In this document: positions 13,548 through 24,899 of the stretch, piece after piece
Layout: the number at the start of each line of letters is the position of its first letter
How positions within the stretch are numbered: position 1 is the stretch's first letter
Assembly: GCA_964016885.1 (NCBI GenBank)
Contig: OZ024740.1
Span: 317,564,001-317,628,000, forward strand
Reading direction: 5' to 3'
Length of the DNA: 64,000 nt
Source: Eledone cirrhosa
Lineage: Eukaryota
Notes under the pieces: generated by a model
Databases searched by the model: none
What the model saw: the letters and a program-made list of their open reading frames with translations, nothing else
Told to the model about the DNA's origin: nothing
Made by a program: the position numbers and the translations under genes

Positions 13548-13755
13548 GATTTCTGATTTAGGCACAAGGCCAACAATTTGAGGGGAGGGGAAAGTCGATT
13601 ATATCAACCCTAGTGCATTACTGGTACTTTATTTTATCGGTCCAGTAAGGATGAAAGGCAAAGCTAACCTCGGCGGGATTTGAACTCAGAACGCAAAGGG
13701 CTGTAACTCTATGCCGTTAAGTATGTTGTCGGACTCACTACCGATTCTGCCAATA
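13548..13755 (-). mobile_element. tRNA SINE, long subfamily
   Basis: Head, core and tail motifs as in other copies. Confidence 0.9.
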
Positions 13756-14084
13756 TTTTCGTTATCAAATTGACAATTTTTGTAGCCCTGCTTTTATTGC
13801 TATCGTTGTCCTCACGTGAGACGCTATCAATGCTTCTCTCTCCAGCCCTACTTCTCTTTCTCTCTCTTCAACTCCATTCATCTCCCTCCTCTCTTTTTAT
13901 TAATTTTTTCCATATCGAATATTATTAATTTTTCACAAGCAACCATCTTTTTCATTAAGGAGAAATGAAAAAGTCTAAGTTACGAAAATATATAACTTCT
14001 TTTCCCCAACTCGGGATATGAGGATAGACTGAAAGATGTATGATGTAGGGTGGACAAATGAGCAGGGTGAAAACCTTCTACAAA

Positions 14085-14310
14085 CGACGACAGTCGATCT
14101 ACCTTTTGTCAAATCGAACCGAGGAAACTATCTTTCCATTGGTCTTTCCAGTTGCTAATACTATCTATCGGTCGCAACTCCAGGTAGAAGGAAAAACGTG
14201 AAATAAAGTGTCTTGCCCAAGGACACAACGCATCGCCCGGTCCGGCAATCGAACTCACAACCTCACGATTGCGAATCCAATTCTTTAACCTCTCAGCCAC
14301 GCGCCTTCTA
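14085..14310 (-). mobile_element. CORE-type SINE (second body type)
   Basis: GTGAAATAAAGTGTCTTGCCCAAGGACACAAC CORE-like motif and reversed B-box; body shared with 42910-43120. Confidence 0.8.
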
Positions 14311-14429
14311 CAATAAACGTAAAAAACAAGTCTAACATTTTATCTAAGTAATTGCATAAAATAGTTAAATGATTATAACGAAATAATAGAATAAGTAAAA
14401 CAAGATTTAATTTTTTTTACCGACAAACA

Positions 14430-14985
14430 AACTCGCTAGCATCAATTCGGTATTCGTGCCAACCCTTACCTTTGGTCATGAATCTTGAGTAATGAATAGG
14501 ATCGCCAGTACAAGCGGTCGAAATGGGGTTCCTCCGAAGGGTCTTGGAGTAACGTTACGCGATAGAGTGCATAGCTCGGAGATCAGGGAGTCACTCCAGA
14601 TAGAGCCGCTATTTCTCCAAATTGAGAGATCACAGCTTCGATACTATGGGCATGTGGTTAGAATGTCTCAAGAAAGAATCGCTGGACAGATTCTACATGC
14701 AAAACCAGCGGGCAGGAGACTCAGAGGTAGACACCAAGCAAGATGGTTGGATAACACCCATGAGCTTGGTTAGACACGGTTGGGGATCCAACTGCTTCTA
14801 ACCGTACCCACTGGAAGGAGTGTTTGAGGAGTCTGTCCTCGAGGCCCTCTCAGGAATAAGTGGGTGAAGAAGAAGAAGAAGAAGAAGAAGAAGAAGAAGA
14901 AGAAGAAGAAGAAGAAGAAGAAGAAGAAGAAGAAGAAGAAGAAGAAGAAGAAGAAGAAGAAGAAGAAGAAGAAGAAGAAGAAGAA
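14430..14985 (+). mobile_element. RTE-clade LINE 3' fragment with (GAA)n tail
   Basis: LRDRVHSSEIRESLQIEPL..IERSQLRYYGHVVRM..GRRLRGR..RWLD is an RTE C-terminus; long (GAA)n at 14866-14985. Confidence 0.85.
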
Positions 14986-15589
14986 GCCACCAACTGCATC
15001 AATCAAAGTATTCTACAGTCCTAATAACTTCACCTCTCCTATTACTCCATGTACTGTTCAAAATAACAAGTCCGGAGTATTCCGTAAGGAGTTCTTGAGT
15101 CATGTTGGGCAAGGATCGGGGTTGGAGACTCTGATCCTTCGGTTCATTAACATGTAAGATTTCATAAACATCACGAGAACACTATTACTAACCCATCTTT
15201 CCCGTGACTCATCCCTTCTGGATCCCTGTTTGTATTTCATTTGGTGAGTTCTGTCACATTTGATATGTGTCATTTATCAATATTTTGCTGACCTTGCGAA
15301 TTACCGTGAAATTTAGATCATGGAGGAGGGAGAGAATCTTCCCTATGGGATATGGTCTATCCTTCACAGAAAACAGATTCCTCCTCACCGGAGAAGGTTC
15401 CTTTATTCACAGAAGATCATCAGATCCTCACACTTTTTAATTAACTTTTTCCTTTTTTTTAAACTTTTCCCAAACATCTGTAGATTCTTCTCGACCCCCG
15501 TCTGCTCCATATCCTCATAAGTCAAATAAGGGAAATTGCAGTTTGGTGTGTGTGTGGGTGTGTCTGGGGTTCCGAGTCGTCTGTTTCCC

Positions 15590-16020
15590 GTTGTTGTAGC
15601 TGTGGGCCACACCTTCCTTTTCCCTCTCTTCCTTACTGTCACCACGAGTTGTAGCTGTGAGCCACACCCTCTTTTTCATTTCTTCCCTATTGTTACCATC
15701 AATTATAGCCGCAGGCCACACCCTCTTTATCCTTCGTTCCTTACTGTCACCTCCAATTGTAGTTATGGGTCACACTCCTTTTTTCATTTCTTTCTTACTG
15801 TCACCACCTGTTGTATCCGTGGGTCACACCATCTTTCCCATCTCTTATTTACTGTCTCTTCCGATTGTAGCTGAATGCCACACCCTCTTCTCTATCGTTT
15901 TGTCATTGTCACCACCAATTATAGTTGTGGGCCACACCCCTTTTCCTTTCTTCCTCTTTGTCACGACCAATTATAGCTGTGAGCCACACCTACTTCTCCA
16001 TCTTTTCCTTACTGACTCCA
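15590..16020. repeat. Diverged 54-bp minisatellite, about 8 units
   Basis: RTAGYTGTGRGCCACACC-like anchor at 15596, 15651, 15705, 15759, 15813, 15867, 15921 and 15973. Confidence 0.85.
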
Positions 16021-16687
16021 CTGATGGGGTGTGTGGGAGTTTATCAGTTTCTTTGATGATTTATTATGAAGAAGATTAGGCCATTTACTCCGACACCTCA
16101 AAAAAGACGCCCGTTTTCTCCCTAGGAAGAGGAGCAGCATCTGTGGTTTGTTGCTGTCGTCGTTCTTTTCCACCTTTGATCTTTTCCGAGTATATCACTT
16201 TTTCTGTCTGTCCGTCTTCCTCTCACACTATCTCTCCCTCTCTCTCCTCACCTCTCTCTCTCTCCCTCTCCCTTTCTCCACTCTCTCTCACTATGTCTCT
16301 CTCCCTCTCTCTCTCTCTCTTTCTCATCCATCTCTCTTACACTCGCAGACATTGCTTCGTTCTCTGCAAGAAATCAGTTGTGTTTCAACATAAAATACTC
16401 CAGACACTTCGTGTGTCATAACAGCGCCCCTACGACTCCATCAGAAGTTAAGGGCCCTTTATCTTTACCATTTATATTAAGTAACTGAAAGATATATTGA
16501 TATTAGAAACAATTAATTACCTTGTCTCTGGCTGCCCATTCTTGGTAACTAGAGAACAGATATAAAGACATGGCAGATGTAAAGACATGACAGATGTGGA
16601 ACTTTCATACACTGGAGTGTATGCCAGCTTTATAAAATACCAACAGAAACAGAGATGGTATGAACATACAGCATAAAAGGTCTCAGT

Positions 16688-16874
16688 CAGTGCCGCATTT
16701 AGGACAAATGAGGCCCTGTGCTAGTTAAGTTATGAGACCCCAAACATTTGAAAAATTCATCGTAAACATTTTTTTGGCAGGAAGATGACCCCCCCTCCCC
16801 CCGACCAACGGGGCCCTGTGTTTAAGCACACCTAAGCACAATGGTAAGTTGATAAGTTGGTAAATCTGGCACTG
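16688..16874. mobile_element. hAT-type MITE
   Basis: TIR CAGTGCCGCATTTA / TAAATCTGGCACTG (12/14); 8-bp TSD GTCTCAGT / GTTTCAGT. Confidence 0.8.
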
Positions 16875-17029
16875 GTTTCAGTGAATGAAGCAATGGCCAT
16901 ATTGGGAAGTATACCAATCGACATAAATAGAGAGACGAAACAAATCGCCTGGATATTGTTGTTAAGAACATCCAGGAATGAACGTGTCTCCTGATTGCGA
17001 TATCAATCCAAGCAAACGATGAAATGATA

Positions 17030-17545
17030 TTGGTTTCGGACTTGGGCACAAGGCCAGCAATTTGGGGGAAAGAGAAAGTCGATGAAATTGACCCCAGTGC
17101 ATTACAGGTACTTTATTTTATCGACCCAAATCAGAAACGCAAATCAAATCTCAGCGGGATTTGAAATATAGTTTCTATGATATACAGAAGGCCAGCAGTT
17201 TTTGTCGGAAGGAAAAGTCAAAAGACCCTGGTACTTGACTGGTACATTATTGTATCGATCCTGGAAGGATAAATGGCATTGTTGACCTCACCAAGATTTG
17301 AACGTAAGCATGTTATGATGATAATAATAATCGTTTCTGATTTGGGCACAAGTCCAACGACGTTGGGGAAAAGGGAAAGTTGATTAAATCGACCCCCAGT
17401 GCATTAGTAGTACTTTATTTTATCGACCTTGTAAGGATGAAAGGCAAAGCTAAACTCACCGGAATTTGAACTCAGGACGTAAAGCGCCATAACTTTATGC
17501 CGTGAAGCAGGGTGTCCGACGCTCTACCGATACTGCCAATCCATG
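17030..17545 (-). mobile_element. Three tandem tRNA SINE copies (two partial, one near full length)
   Basis: Repeated GGCACAAGGCCAGCAATTT...TTTATCGACC...GATTTGAA. Confidence 0.85.
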
Positions 17546-17664
17546 ATAATGATATCTAAAGGAAATTGAGAAATTATCCAGCGAGAAATATGGATAACTA
17601 GAATGAGACAATTGAAAACAGGAACAATCCTTATAACAATACGTCTAAAGTATGTCTCGTGACA

Positions 17665-17930
17665 GGAGGCTCACCAGGCCGGTGCTTATCTCGGTTTCTG
17701 TGGCTCAAGCGACTGAAGTACAAGACTTCCCCCTGGACAGGACACCAGTCCATTGAAGGGTTAAAACCCCAGCTTACTGGTACTCATTTTCAGCTGAGTA
17801 TACTGGAGCAACGTGAAATGAAGTGTTTATTTTCAAGAACACAACACCCAACCCAGTCCAGGAACCGAACCCACGACGTTATGATCGTAAGTCCACACAC
17901 TTACCCTTACCACTAGGCCATGCGCCTCCA
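17665..17930 (-). mobile_element. CORE-type tRNA SINE
   Basis: GTGAAATGAAGTGTTTATTTTCAAGAACACAAC, reversed B-box; homologous to 5020-5270. Confidence 0.8.
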
Positions 17931-18297
17931 CTATAATAATAAGTACCTTGGGAATATTTTCTAAAAAATGAAACGAAATATATACCCCAAACCCAACAAC
18001 AAACAGAAGATAGTATTAATAAGCAGCGCATACAAGGGACCGCCAGCGATGGAGGGCACTGATGATGCCCTTGGGGTCACAGACCTAGGATGTCCGCTGT
18101 CTCATCGAGCAAGAGCAGAGAGAGAGAGATAGAGAGAGAGAGCGAGAGAGAGGGGAAGGAGGGAGAGGGAGTGGGAGAGAGAGAGTGAGTGAGAGAGAGA
18201 AAGAGTGATATATATATATAACGAAGGAGTTGTAGTAAGGAACCAGATGGACCATAAGGCACCAGAGTACTCAATACTTAGAGTAGTAGAGTGGATA

Positions 18298-18409
18298 ATA
18301 GGAAAATGTATGACCCCGACGGCAGAGCTCAAGCTGTTTCGACGGCTATTTCGAGGAATAGCCGTCGAAACGGCTTGAGCTCTGCCGTCGGGGTCATATA
18401 TTTTCCTAT
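18298..18409. repeat. Near-perfect palindrome (~53-bp arms, ~6-nt loop)
   Basis: ATAGGAAAATGTATGACCCCGACGGCAGAGCTCAAGCTGTTTCGACGGCTATT and its reverse complement, 2 mismatches. Confidence 0.95.
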
Positions 18410-18419
18410 ATATATATAT

Positions 18420-20201
18420 GCCATCACCGACGCTGATAAGAAGGTAGCTTGGAAGTGTCACTATGAAAGGCTTCTAAATGAGGAGAATAATTGGGAGAAA
18501 GGCAGTCTCCCCCATATCGACCCAATAGAGGGACCAGCAGTGTTAGTCGAGGGGAGTATAATAAGTAAGGCAACCAAGGATATGAAGACTGGTAAGGCGG
18601 CTGGGCCTTCGGAAATAGTTGCTGAGATGCTGAAGGCATCTGGCACGGTGGGACACACCATGGTCACCCGCATAGTTAACCAAGTCGTACAGAATGGGGT
18701 TGTTCCGAAGGACTGGCATAGCAGCATCATCGTTAACTGTTATAAGGGTAAAGGAGACGCCCTAGATAGGAGTAACTATAGAGGCATTAAATTAATCGAC
18801 CAGGTCATGAAGGTCACGGAAAGAGTAATAGCGCAACTAATCAGAGAGAGAATTGACCTAGATGAAATGCAGTTCGGGTTTGTGTCAGGCAAAAGTACCA
18901 CAGACGCTCTTTTCATAGTACGACAACTACAGGAGAAGTACCTAGCTAAAGGTAAACCCCTCTACTTAGCTTTTGTCGACTTGGAGAAAGCCTTCGACAG
19001 AGTCCCCCGCTCCATTATCTGGTGGGCTCTTAGAAAACTAGGCGTTGACGAATGGCTTGTGAGGGCTATACAAGCCATGTATAAAGAAACAGTCAGCAAG
19101 GTTAGAATTAACAACGAATATAGTGAAGAGTTTAGCGTAAAAGTTGGCGTCCATCAGGGCTCTGTTCTCAGTCCACTACTATTTATTATTGCCCTTCAGG
19201 CTATAACAGAGGAGTTCAAGACAGGCTGCCCATGGGAACTCCTATACGCAGACGACCTGACACTCATAGCGGAATCAATGGCCGAGCTAGAGAAGAAATT
19301 CCAAACATGGAAGCACGGCCTAGAGTCAAAAGGACTTAAAATTAACCTGGCTAAGACCAAAGTACTAGTTTGTAGGAAAGAAAACAAGGCGGCGGTCCCT
19401 TCTGGGAAATGGTCGTGCTCGGTGTGTAGGAAAGGCGTAGGTAGAAACTCCATTTTATGTCCTAAATGCAAAGTATGGGTGCATAAAAGATGTAGTGGGA
19501 TCACAGGTAAGCTAACTAAGAACATAGATTTTACATGTGGCCGGTGCTCTGGTGCAATAAGTAGCAGCAAGTGCCCACAAACTACTAGCTCTTTCAATTG
19601 CGCAGAGGGTTCTATAGAAATAGTGGACAGCTTCCGTTACCTGGGCGATAAAATCAGCAGTGGGGGAGGGTGCTCTGAAAGTACTGTAGCTAGAGTCAGA
19701 ACTGGTTGGAAAAAGTTCAGAGAGCTTATACCACTATTAGCTGCTAAAGGGTTCTCACTAAAAATGAAAGGCAGGTTGTACGATGCCTGCATACGAACAG
19801 CAATGCTGCATGGCAGTGAGACCTGGGCATTGTGTGCAGAGGATATACGCAGACTAGAGAGGAACGAAGCTTGCATGCTCCGCTGGATGTGTAACAGTAA
19901 TATACGTGAACGGCAAAGCATAAACGAACTAAGGAAAAAATTAGAGATAAGAGGGATCAGATGTTGTTTACTCGAGAGAAGGCTACGTTGGTATGGACAC
20001 GTGATGCGCATGAAAGTCGATAGCTGTATAACAAAGTGCAGGGCAATAAAGATAGACGGTAGTCACGGAATAGGCAGACCTAGAAAAACCTGGGACGAGC
20101 TGATAAACTCCGACATCACACACTTACACCTCTCCAAGACAATGTCACTGGACCGAGACCTTTGGCGGTACTCAGTAACAGAGAAGACCCGCCTTACCTA
20201 A
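18420..20201 (+). CDS. Partial RTE ORF: reverse transcriptase with internal PHD-type zinc finger
   Basis: NYRGIKL, QFGF, AFVDLEKAFD, GVHQGSVLSPLLF, LYADD, FRYLG, LHGSETW, RRLRWYGHVMRM, GRPRKTW; C4HC3 insert; no stops. The track start at 18291 is an artefact of the upstream palindrome. Confidence 0.9.
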   Translation, partial: AITDADKKVAWKCHYERLLNEENNWEKGSLPHIDPIEGPAVLVEGSIISKATKDMKTGKAAGPSEIVAEMLKASGTVGHTMVTRIVNQVVQNGVVPKDWHSSIIVNCYKGKGDALDRSNYRGIKLIDQVMKVTERVIAQLIRERIDLDEMQFGFVSGKSTTDALFIVRQLQEKYLAKGKPLYLAFVDLEKAFDRVPRSIIWWALRKLGVDEWLVRAIQAMYKETVSKVRINNEYSEEFSVKVGVHQGSVLSPLLFIIALQAITEEFKTGCPWELLYADDLTLIAESMAELEKKFQTWKHGLESKGLKINLAKTKVLVCRKENKAAVPSGKWSCSVCRKGVGRNSILCPKCKVWVHKRCSGITGKLTKNIDFTCGRCSGAISSSKCPQTTSSFNCAEGSIEIVDSFRYLGDKISSGGGCSESTVARVRTGWKKFRELIPLLAAKGFSLKMKGRLYDACIRTAMLHGSETWALCAEDIRRLERNEACMLRWMCNSNIRERQSINELRKKLEIRGIRCCLLERRLRWYGHVMRMKVDSCITKCRAIKIDGSHGIGRPRKTWDELINSDITHLHLSKTMSLDRDLWRYSVTEKTRLT

Positions 20202-20599
20202 ATATATAGTAAAACCTACTCCAGCCAGTAGGCATCTCTAACAAAATACACCCCGTCCCACCACCACCGCCCCCACCCGATCCACACCACCCCGTTCTAT
20301 GTAAAGTTATGTTGGTGCCGCGCCATCGAGGCCGAAACAAATGAGATCGTGTAGGTGTCACGACAAAAAAACACACAGTCCACGCTGTAATGTGGCCGTG
20401 TAGGCAACACGGTAAAAACCTCCCAGACCCACACTGTAAATGTGGTTGGTGTTAGGAAGGGCATCCAACTGTAGAAAACCTGCCAGACAGTCCTATGCGA
20501 GCAAGACAATCACTCTTGCCTCAAGTGGGACTACCCCCGTCCAAACCCATGCAAGCGTGGAACACGGACGTTAAACGTTGATGATGATGATGATGATGA

Positions 20600-20603
<4 letters not shown>
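18420..20603 (+). mobile_element. 5'-truncated young RTE-clade LINE with 3' UTR and (GAT)n tail, inserted in (TA)n
   Basis: Open RT ORF; 3' end CCATGCAAGCGTGGAACACGGACGTTAAACG(ATG)n; (TA)n on both flanks; no endonuclease domain present. Confidence 0.95.
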
Positions 20604-20651
<48 letters not shown>

Positions 20652-20839
20652 CATACATATTATTTAGCGTATTCTTTAAGAGAATAGAAACACACAAAAA
20701 CATTGCATGTACACAAGTCACTGAAAACTGTGCTTGATAGTGTTGTGAAGGCTTGCAATAATAACAAGGCTACTGAGAAATAATAAGGATTTATAACAAA
20801 GGTAGGAAACAACACATGTTTTGTGGCAAGTCTATAGAT

Positions 20840-21395
20840 ATTCTCAAATACTTGTCTGGTACAGGTTTTATCGACCCAGGCAACATTTGAAGTGAGAATG
20901 TAAAAGGATGTAAAAGAATACTGCAGGGTATAATAATAATGATAATGATTTCTACTTTAGGCACAAGGCCAGCAATTTGGGGAGAGTGTAAAGTCGATTA
21001 AATCGACTCCAGTTTGTTACTGGTATTTGATTTTATCGACCCCGTAAGGATGAAAGGCAAAGCTAAATTCGGCGGAATTTGAACCCAGAACATAAAGGGC
21101 CGTAACTCTATGCCACAAAACATATTGTCTGACGCTCTGCCGATACTGCCCATACACCGCCCTTAATAATAATAACGGTTTAAGATTTAGGCACAAGGTC
21201 AGCAATTTTGAGGGAAGGGAAATTCAAGTAAATCGACCTCAGTGCATTACTGGTACTTTATTTTATCGACCCCGTAAGGATGAAAGGCAAAGCTAACCTC
21301 GGCAGGATTTGAACTCAGAATGTAAAGGGCCGTAACTCTATGCTGCCAAGCAGGGTGTCCAACACTCTACCGATACTGCTAATACACCGCCCTTT
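20840..21395 (-). mobile_element. Tandem tRNA SINEs (one old partial; long-subfamily copies at 20948-21165 and 21175-21395)
   Basis: Head, core and tail motifs separated by (AAT)n. Confidence 0.9.
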
Positions 21396-22260
21396 TCACC
21401 AGCTTGCTTGGGCTCGACAATACCTTTATATCTCTTTGCAAGACATAGTATAGACCTTACCGAGGAGGCTTAACAAGGAAATCCGTCTATAATTGGAGAA
21501 ATCTCTCTTGCTTCCCTTTTTGAAAATTGGGATTATCACTCACGATTGCCATTGCTTAGGTTCCCTTCCAGAGATCCAGGCCACCTGGTCCACATGAGCC
21601 AGTCAAGGAATCCCCTTTTAACATCTCGGGCCGAATTGCATCCTTTCTACAGGCCTTGTCACAATTTCTCTTGTGACCTCAAGCTCTGCGATGAACCTCA
21701 TATACACCAGAAAATGTTGTTGTAACCGAGTTTAGGCGATAGGTGATCAGCAATGCATTCTCTCCATCTCGCGAGGATGCACCTCTCTTCAGAGAAGAGA
21801 ACCCCAGACGAGATCTTGATAGCAAGTCTGGAGAATGACGTCTTATTTTGAAGTCGGTGGATGGTCTGATAGAATACTTTATTTGTTGATTTGAAGTCGA
21901 ATTCCAGCTTTTACCCCAAAGTCCTTCCATGTCTTATCTTTGAAAACCTTTACTGTCTCTGCTGCGACGTTTCGCACCTGCTTGTACCACATGTGCAACT
22001 TATTTCCAAGCGAAGCTTTGTAAGCTTCCATCTTTGCTCGGATGGCATCATTGACCTCTTGATTGAACCAAGGGGTCCTCCTGCAACTCGGCACCACACC
22101 AAGCCACTTTTGCTCGCAAGATTTAATTGCTGAATCAGAATCTGTTGAGCTGAATAGTCTCCACTTCGTTTCAACTTCCTCAGTTTGATCAAGGAAATCT
22201 CTGAATTTGGATGCAAATTGAATAAAATCCTCCAAACACTGCAATATAGCCAGAAACAAC
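21395..22260 (-). pseudogene. Decayed RTE LINE fragment (linker to RT N-terminus)
   Basis: RRTPWFNQEVNDAIRAK..AYK; VIIPIFKKG..SNYRRISLLSLLGKVY; frameshifts. Confidence 0.8.
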
Positions 22261-22289
22261 CATATAGCATCATCCTTTGCACAGGATAA

Positions 22290-22445
22290 CGAGGGATGCT
22301 CTCAGGCCTTAGGTAGGAGGGTCTGTTCTATCCAACGCTGCAAGAACTGACGATAGACCTGTGATCTGTTCTGGGAGACGTGGGATGGACTCACAAAGGT
22401 TACATATCCCAAGGCCCCCAAAAGGGTCCGGCAAGGAGAAAAACT
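22290..22445 (-). pseudogene. CRE/R2-group non-LTR fragment
   Basis: FSLPDPFGGLGI matches the LPxxxGGLGI post-RT motif. Confidence 0.5.
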
Positions 22446-22870
22446 TTGATTTCCAAACTGATAGAATAATTGAGTATCGCCGACCAAAAATTGTTGTATT
22501 GAATAAAGAAGACAAATATTGTCAGATCATTGACGTAGCCATGCCAAATGACAGGAAAATTGCAAGGGAAGAAGTTGAAAAAAAAAAAGAAATTACCAAG
22601 TATTCCGAATTGAAAGATGGCAAGATTGTTTGGAATACAAGAGGGTAATGTGAAAGTGATATGAGTAGTGATTGGGGCATTAGGGTCAATCCCATTGAAA
22701 CTTCAAAATCCCGTAAAGTGATTGGTGTCATACAAAAATTAGCTTTGCTAGGTAACTGTCCACATTTTAAGGAAAGTACTATTTGTCTGTAGTCCTTGTT
22801 GTGACTTGACAAATGACAAAATTCTCCAGTGTATTAATCAAAGTGACAAAGTGGTGATAATAATAATAAT
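22441..22870 (+). pseudogene. Dong/R4 non-LTR retrotransposon 3' end (restriction-like endonuclease)
   Basis: QTDRIIEYRRPKIVVLNK..CQIIDVAMPND..EKK..KYSELK (RPD..D..P..K..KY pattern); ends in (TAA)n. Confidence 0.85.
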
Positions 22871-23078
22871 TGTTTCTACTATAGGCACAAGGCCAGCAAT
22901 ATGAAAAGGAGAGGGAAGTCGATTAAATCGACCCCAGTGCTTTACTGGTGCTTCATTTTATCGACCCCGTAAGGATGAAAGGCAAAGCTAACTTCGGCGG
23001 GATTTGAATTCAGAACGTAAAGCGTCATAACTCTATGCCGCAAAGCATTTTGTCCGACGCTCTACCGATACTGCCAAA
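22870..23078 (-). mobile_element. tRNA SINE, long subfamily
   Basis: Full motifs; abuts the (TAA)n tail of the Dong fragment. Confidence 0.9.
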
Positions 23079-23384
23079 TAACAACAACAACAATAATAAT
23101 GTCGATGATGACGACAACCACGACGATGGTGATAATGATGATAATGATGATGGTGATGACGATGATGATGATGATGATGATCATCATCATCATCATATTA
23201 TGGTGATGATGACGATGATGATCACGACGATGACGATCATATTCTTATTTACGACAAGAGCAATACAAATACAAAATATTAATACACACCGCTAAAGACA
23301 AAATATTGTTCGTAAATATAAAAACCCAACAAAATGCAAATTAAAACAACCACCAGACGGCCTAAGTATGTACACATGCAGTCA

Positions 23385-23402
23385 TACACACACACATGCA
23401 GC

Positions 23403-23483
<81 letters not shown>

Positions 23484-23530
23484 ACATGCACCCTCCCCCT
23501 CTCACACATATACATATACACAGACATATA
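23385..23530. repeat. (CA)n microsatellite
   Basis: Long perfect CA run. Confidence 0.95.
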
Positions 23531-23939
23531 CAGATTGTATAATACATATAATATATACATTTTATATATGTACACTAAAGTTATGGCGTCAAAACGCAAC
23601 CTTGTGAACAATAGACCCATTTAAATATATATATATATATATAAATATATTTAAATATTTGTTTAATCTATTACTAACAGCAAAATGAAATTATAAATAG
23701 ATGTAACATAAAAACACGTAACAGACGAAACAAAACGAAACATTTTCTTTTATTTGTTGTTTTTTTTTTGTCTATTAGTCACATGTTTGTTTTTTGTGTC
23801 TGTTCTTTCCTATGGCCACTACATACAGTGTATGTAATAATCTCGTCTTCCTTCTCTTGATATTTCATCTTACATTATATGAAATAGTAATTTCCCATAC
23901 TAGTTGAAAACCACAATTGTTTATAGAAAGGTGTATAGT

Positions 23940-24800
23940 TGCAGGTGGTAAGTTAACAGAGTCTATAGAACGTCAGATAGAATACTTTGTTTTATTCGTT
24001 TCGGTTCTCTGTTCTCTGAGTTCAAATCCCGCCGAGGTCAACTTTGCTTTTCATTCATTCGAGGGCGATAAAAAAGTACCAGTCTAGTTCTAGGGTCGAT
24101 TCTTCCTCTATATCTCTTTCTCATTTCCTCTCTCTCACTTTCTATCTTTCTCTTGAAGAAATCTGCTGTACTCAGGCCTGGAGATGAGACGGGCTCCGCC
24201 AGGCTTTAAATGAGCAAGAAACGCCGTGTGTCAATATGGCGCCCCTACGACGCTATTAAGAGTTACGGGACCATACATACATAGTTAATTGAAGGTGGTG
24301 AGTCGGTAGAGTCGTTATAACGTCAGATAGAATACTTTGCGTTATTCGTTTCAGTTCTCTGTTCAAACAGGTCGAGGTCAACTTCTATCTCTTTCTCACT
24401 TCCATTTTCCCACTCTCTATCGTTCTTTGGAAAACATTTCTTTGTATTCAGACTTGGAGGGATGGGGTCCGTTAGGTTTAAATATCCCCTAGAAACACCG
24501 TGTGTCAATACGGCACCTCTACGACTCCTTCAGGAGTTACTGGACCATACATGCATAGTTAATATAAAATGCTGTTCGTTCCGGTTCTCTACGCTCTGAG
24601 TTCAAATCCATCCGAAGTTAATTTTGTCTTTCATCCTTTAACGGTCCTTTATATATCTTCTCACTTCTTCATTATCTCTTTGAGTTCAGACATGGGGAGG
24701 ATGGGCTCCACCTGATTTAAAATACTCGATGCTGTAAGTCAGTATTGCGCCCTTACGATTCCATCAAGTGTTTCGGGCCCAAACATTCATAGTTAATTGA
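23940..24800 (+). mobile_element. Three tandem copies of a composite SINE (tRNA head, CT-rich linker, distinct tail)
   Basis: Tail CCGTGTGTCAATAYGGCRCCYCTACGAC..GAGTTACGGGACCATAC repeated three times; other copies at 16350-16460, 39075-39390 (-), 40710-41040 (-) and 48445-48540 (-). Confidence 0.75.
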
Positions 24801-24899
24801 ATAGACATAGTATATTACTGGGACTTATTTCTCTGGATTCCTACGAAACTACTGGCGTTTATTTCTATTTGAACCCAAATGCAGATACTTAACTGAATA

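Noticed and set aside
14864-15157. Poly-Lys/poly-Phe ORFs and other YI/HT/CV repeat ORFs across the window
   Set aside because: Translations of (GAA)n, (TA)n and (CA)n microsatellites
15590-16020. CRISPR-like repeat/spacer appearance (also 44520-45040)
   Set aside because: Inter-anchor segments are homologous to each other (minisatellite), the context is eukaryotic, and there are no cas genes
18291-18419. N-terminal extension of the RT ORF
   Set aside because: Read-through from the palindrome and (TA)n; the LINE is 5'-truncated
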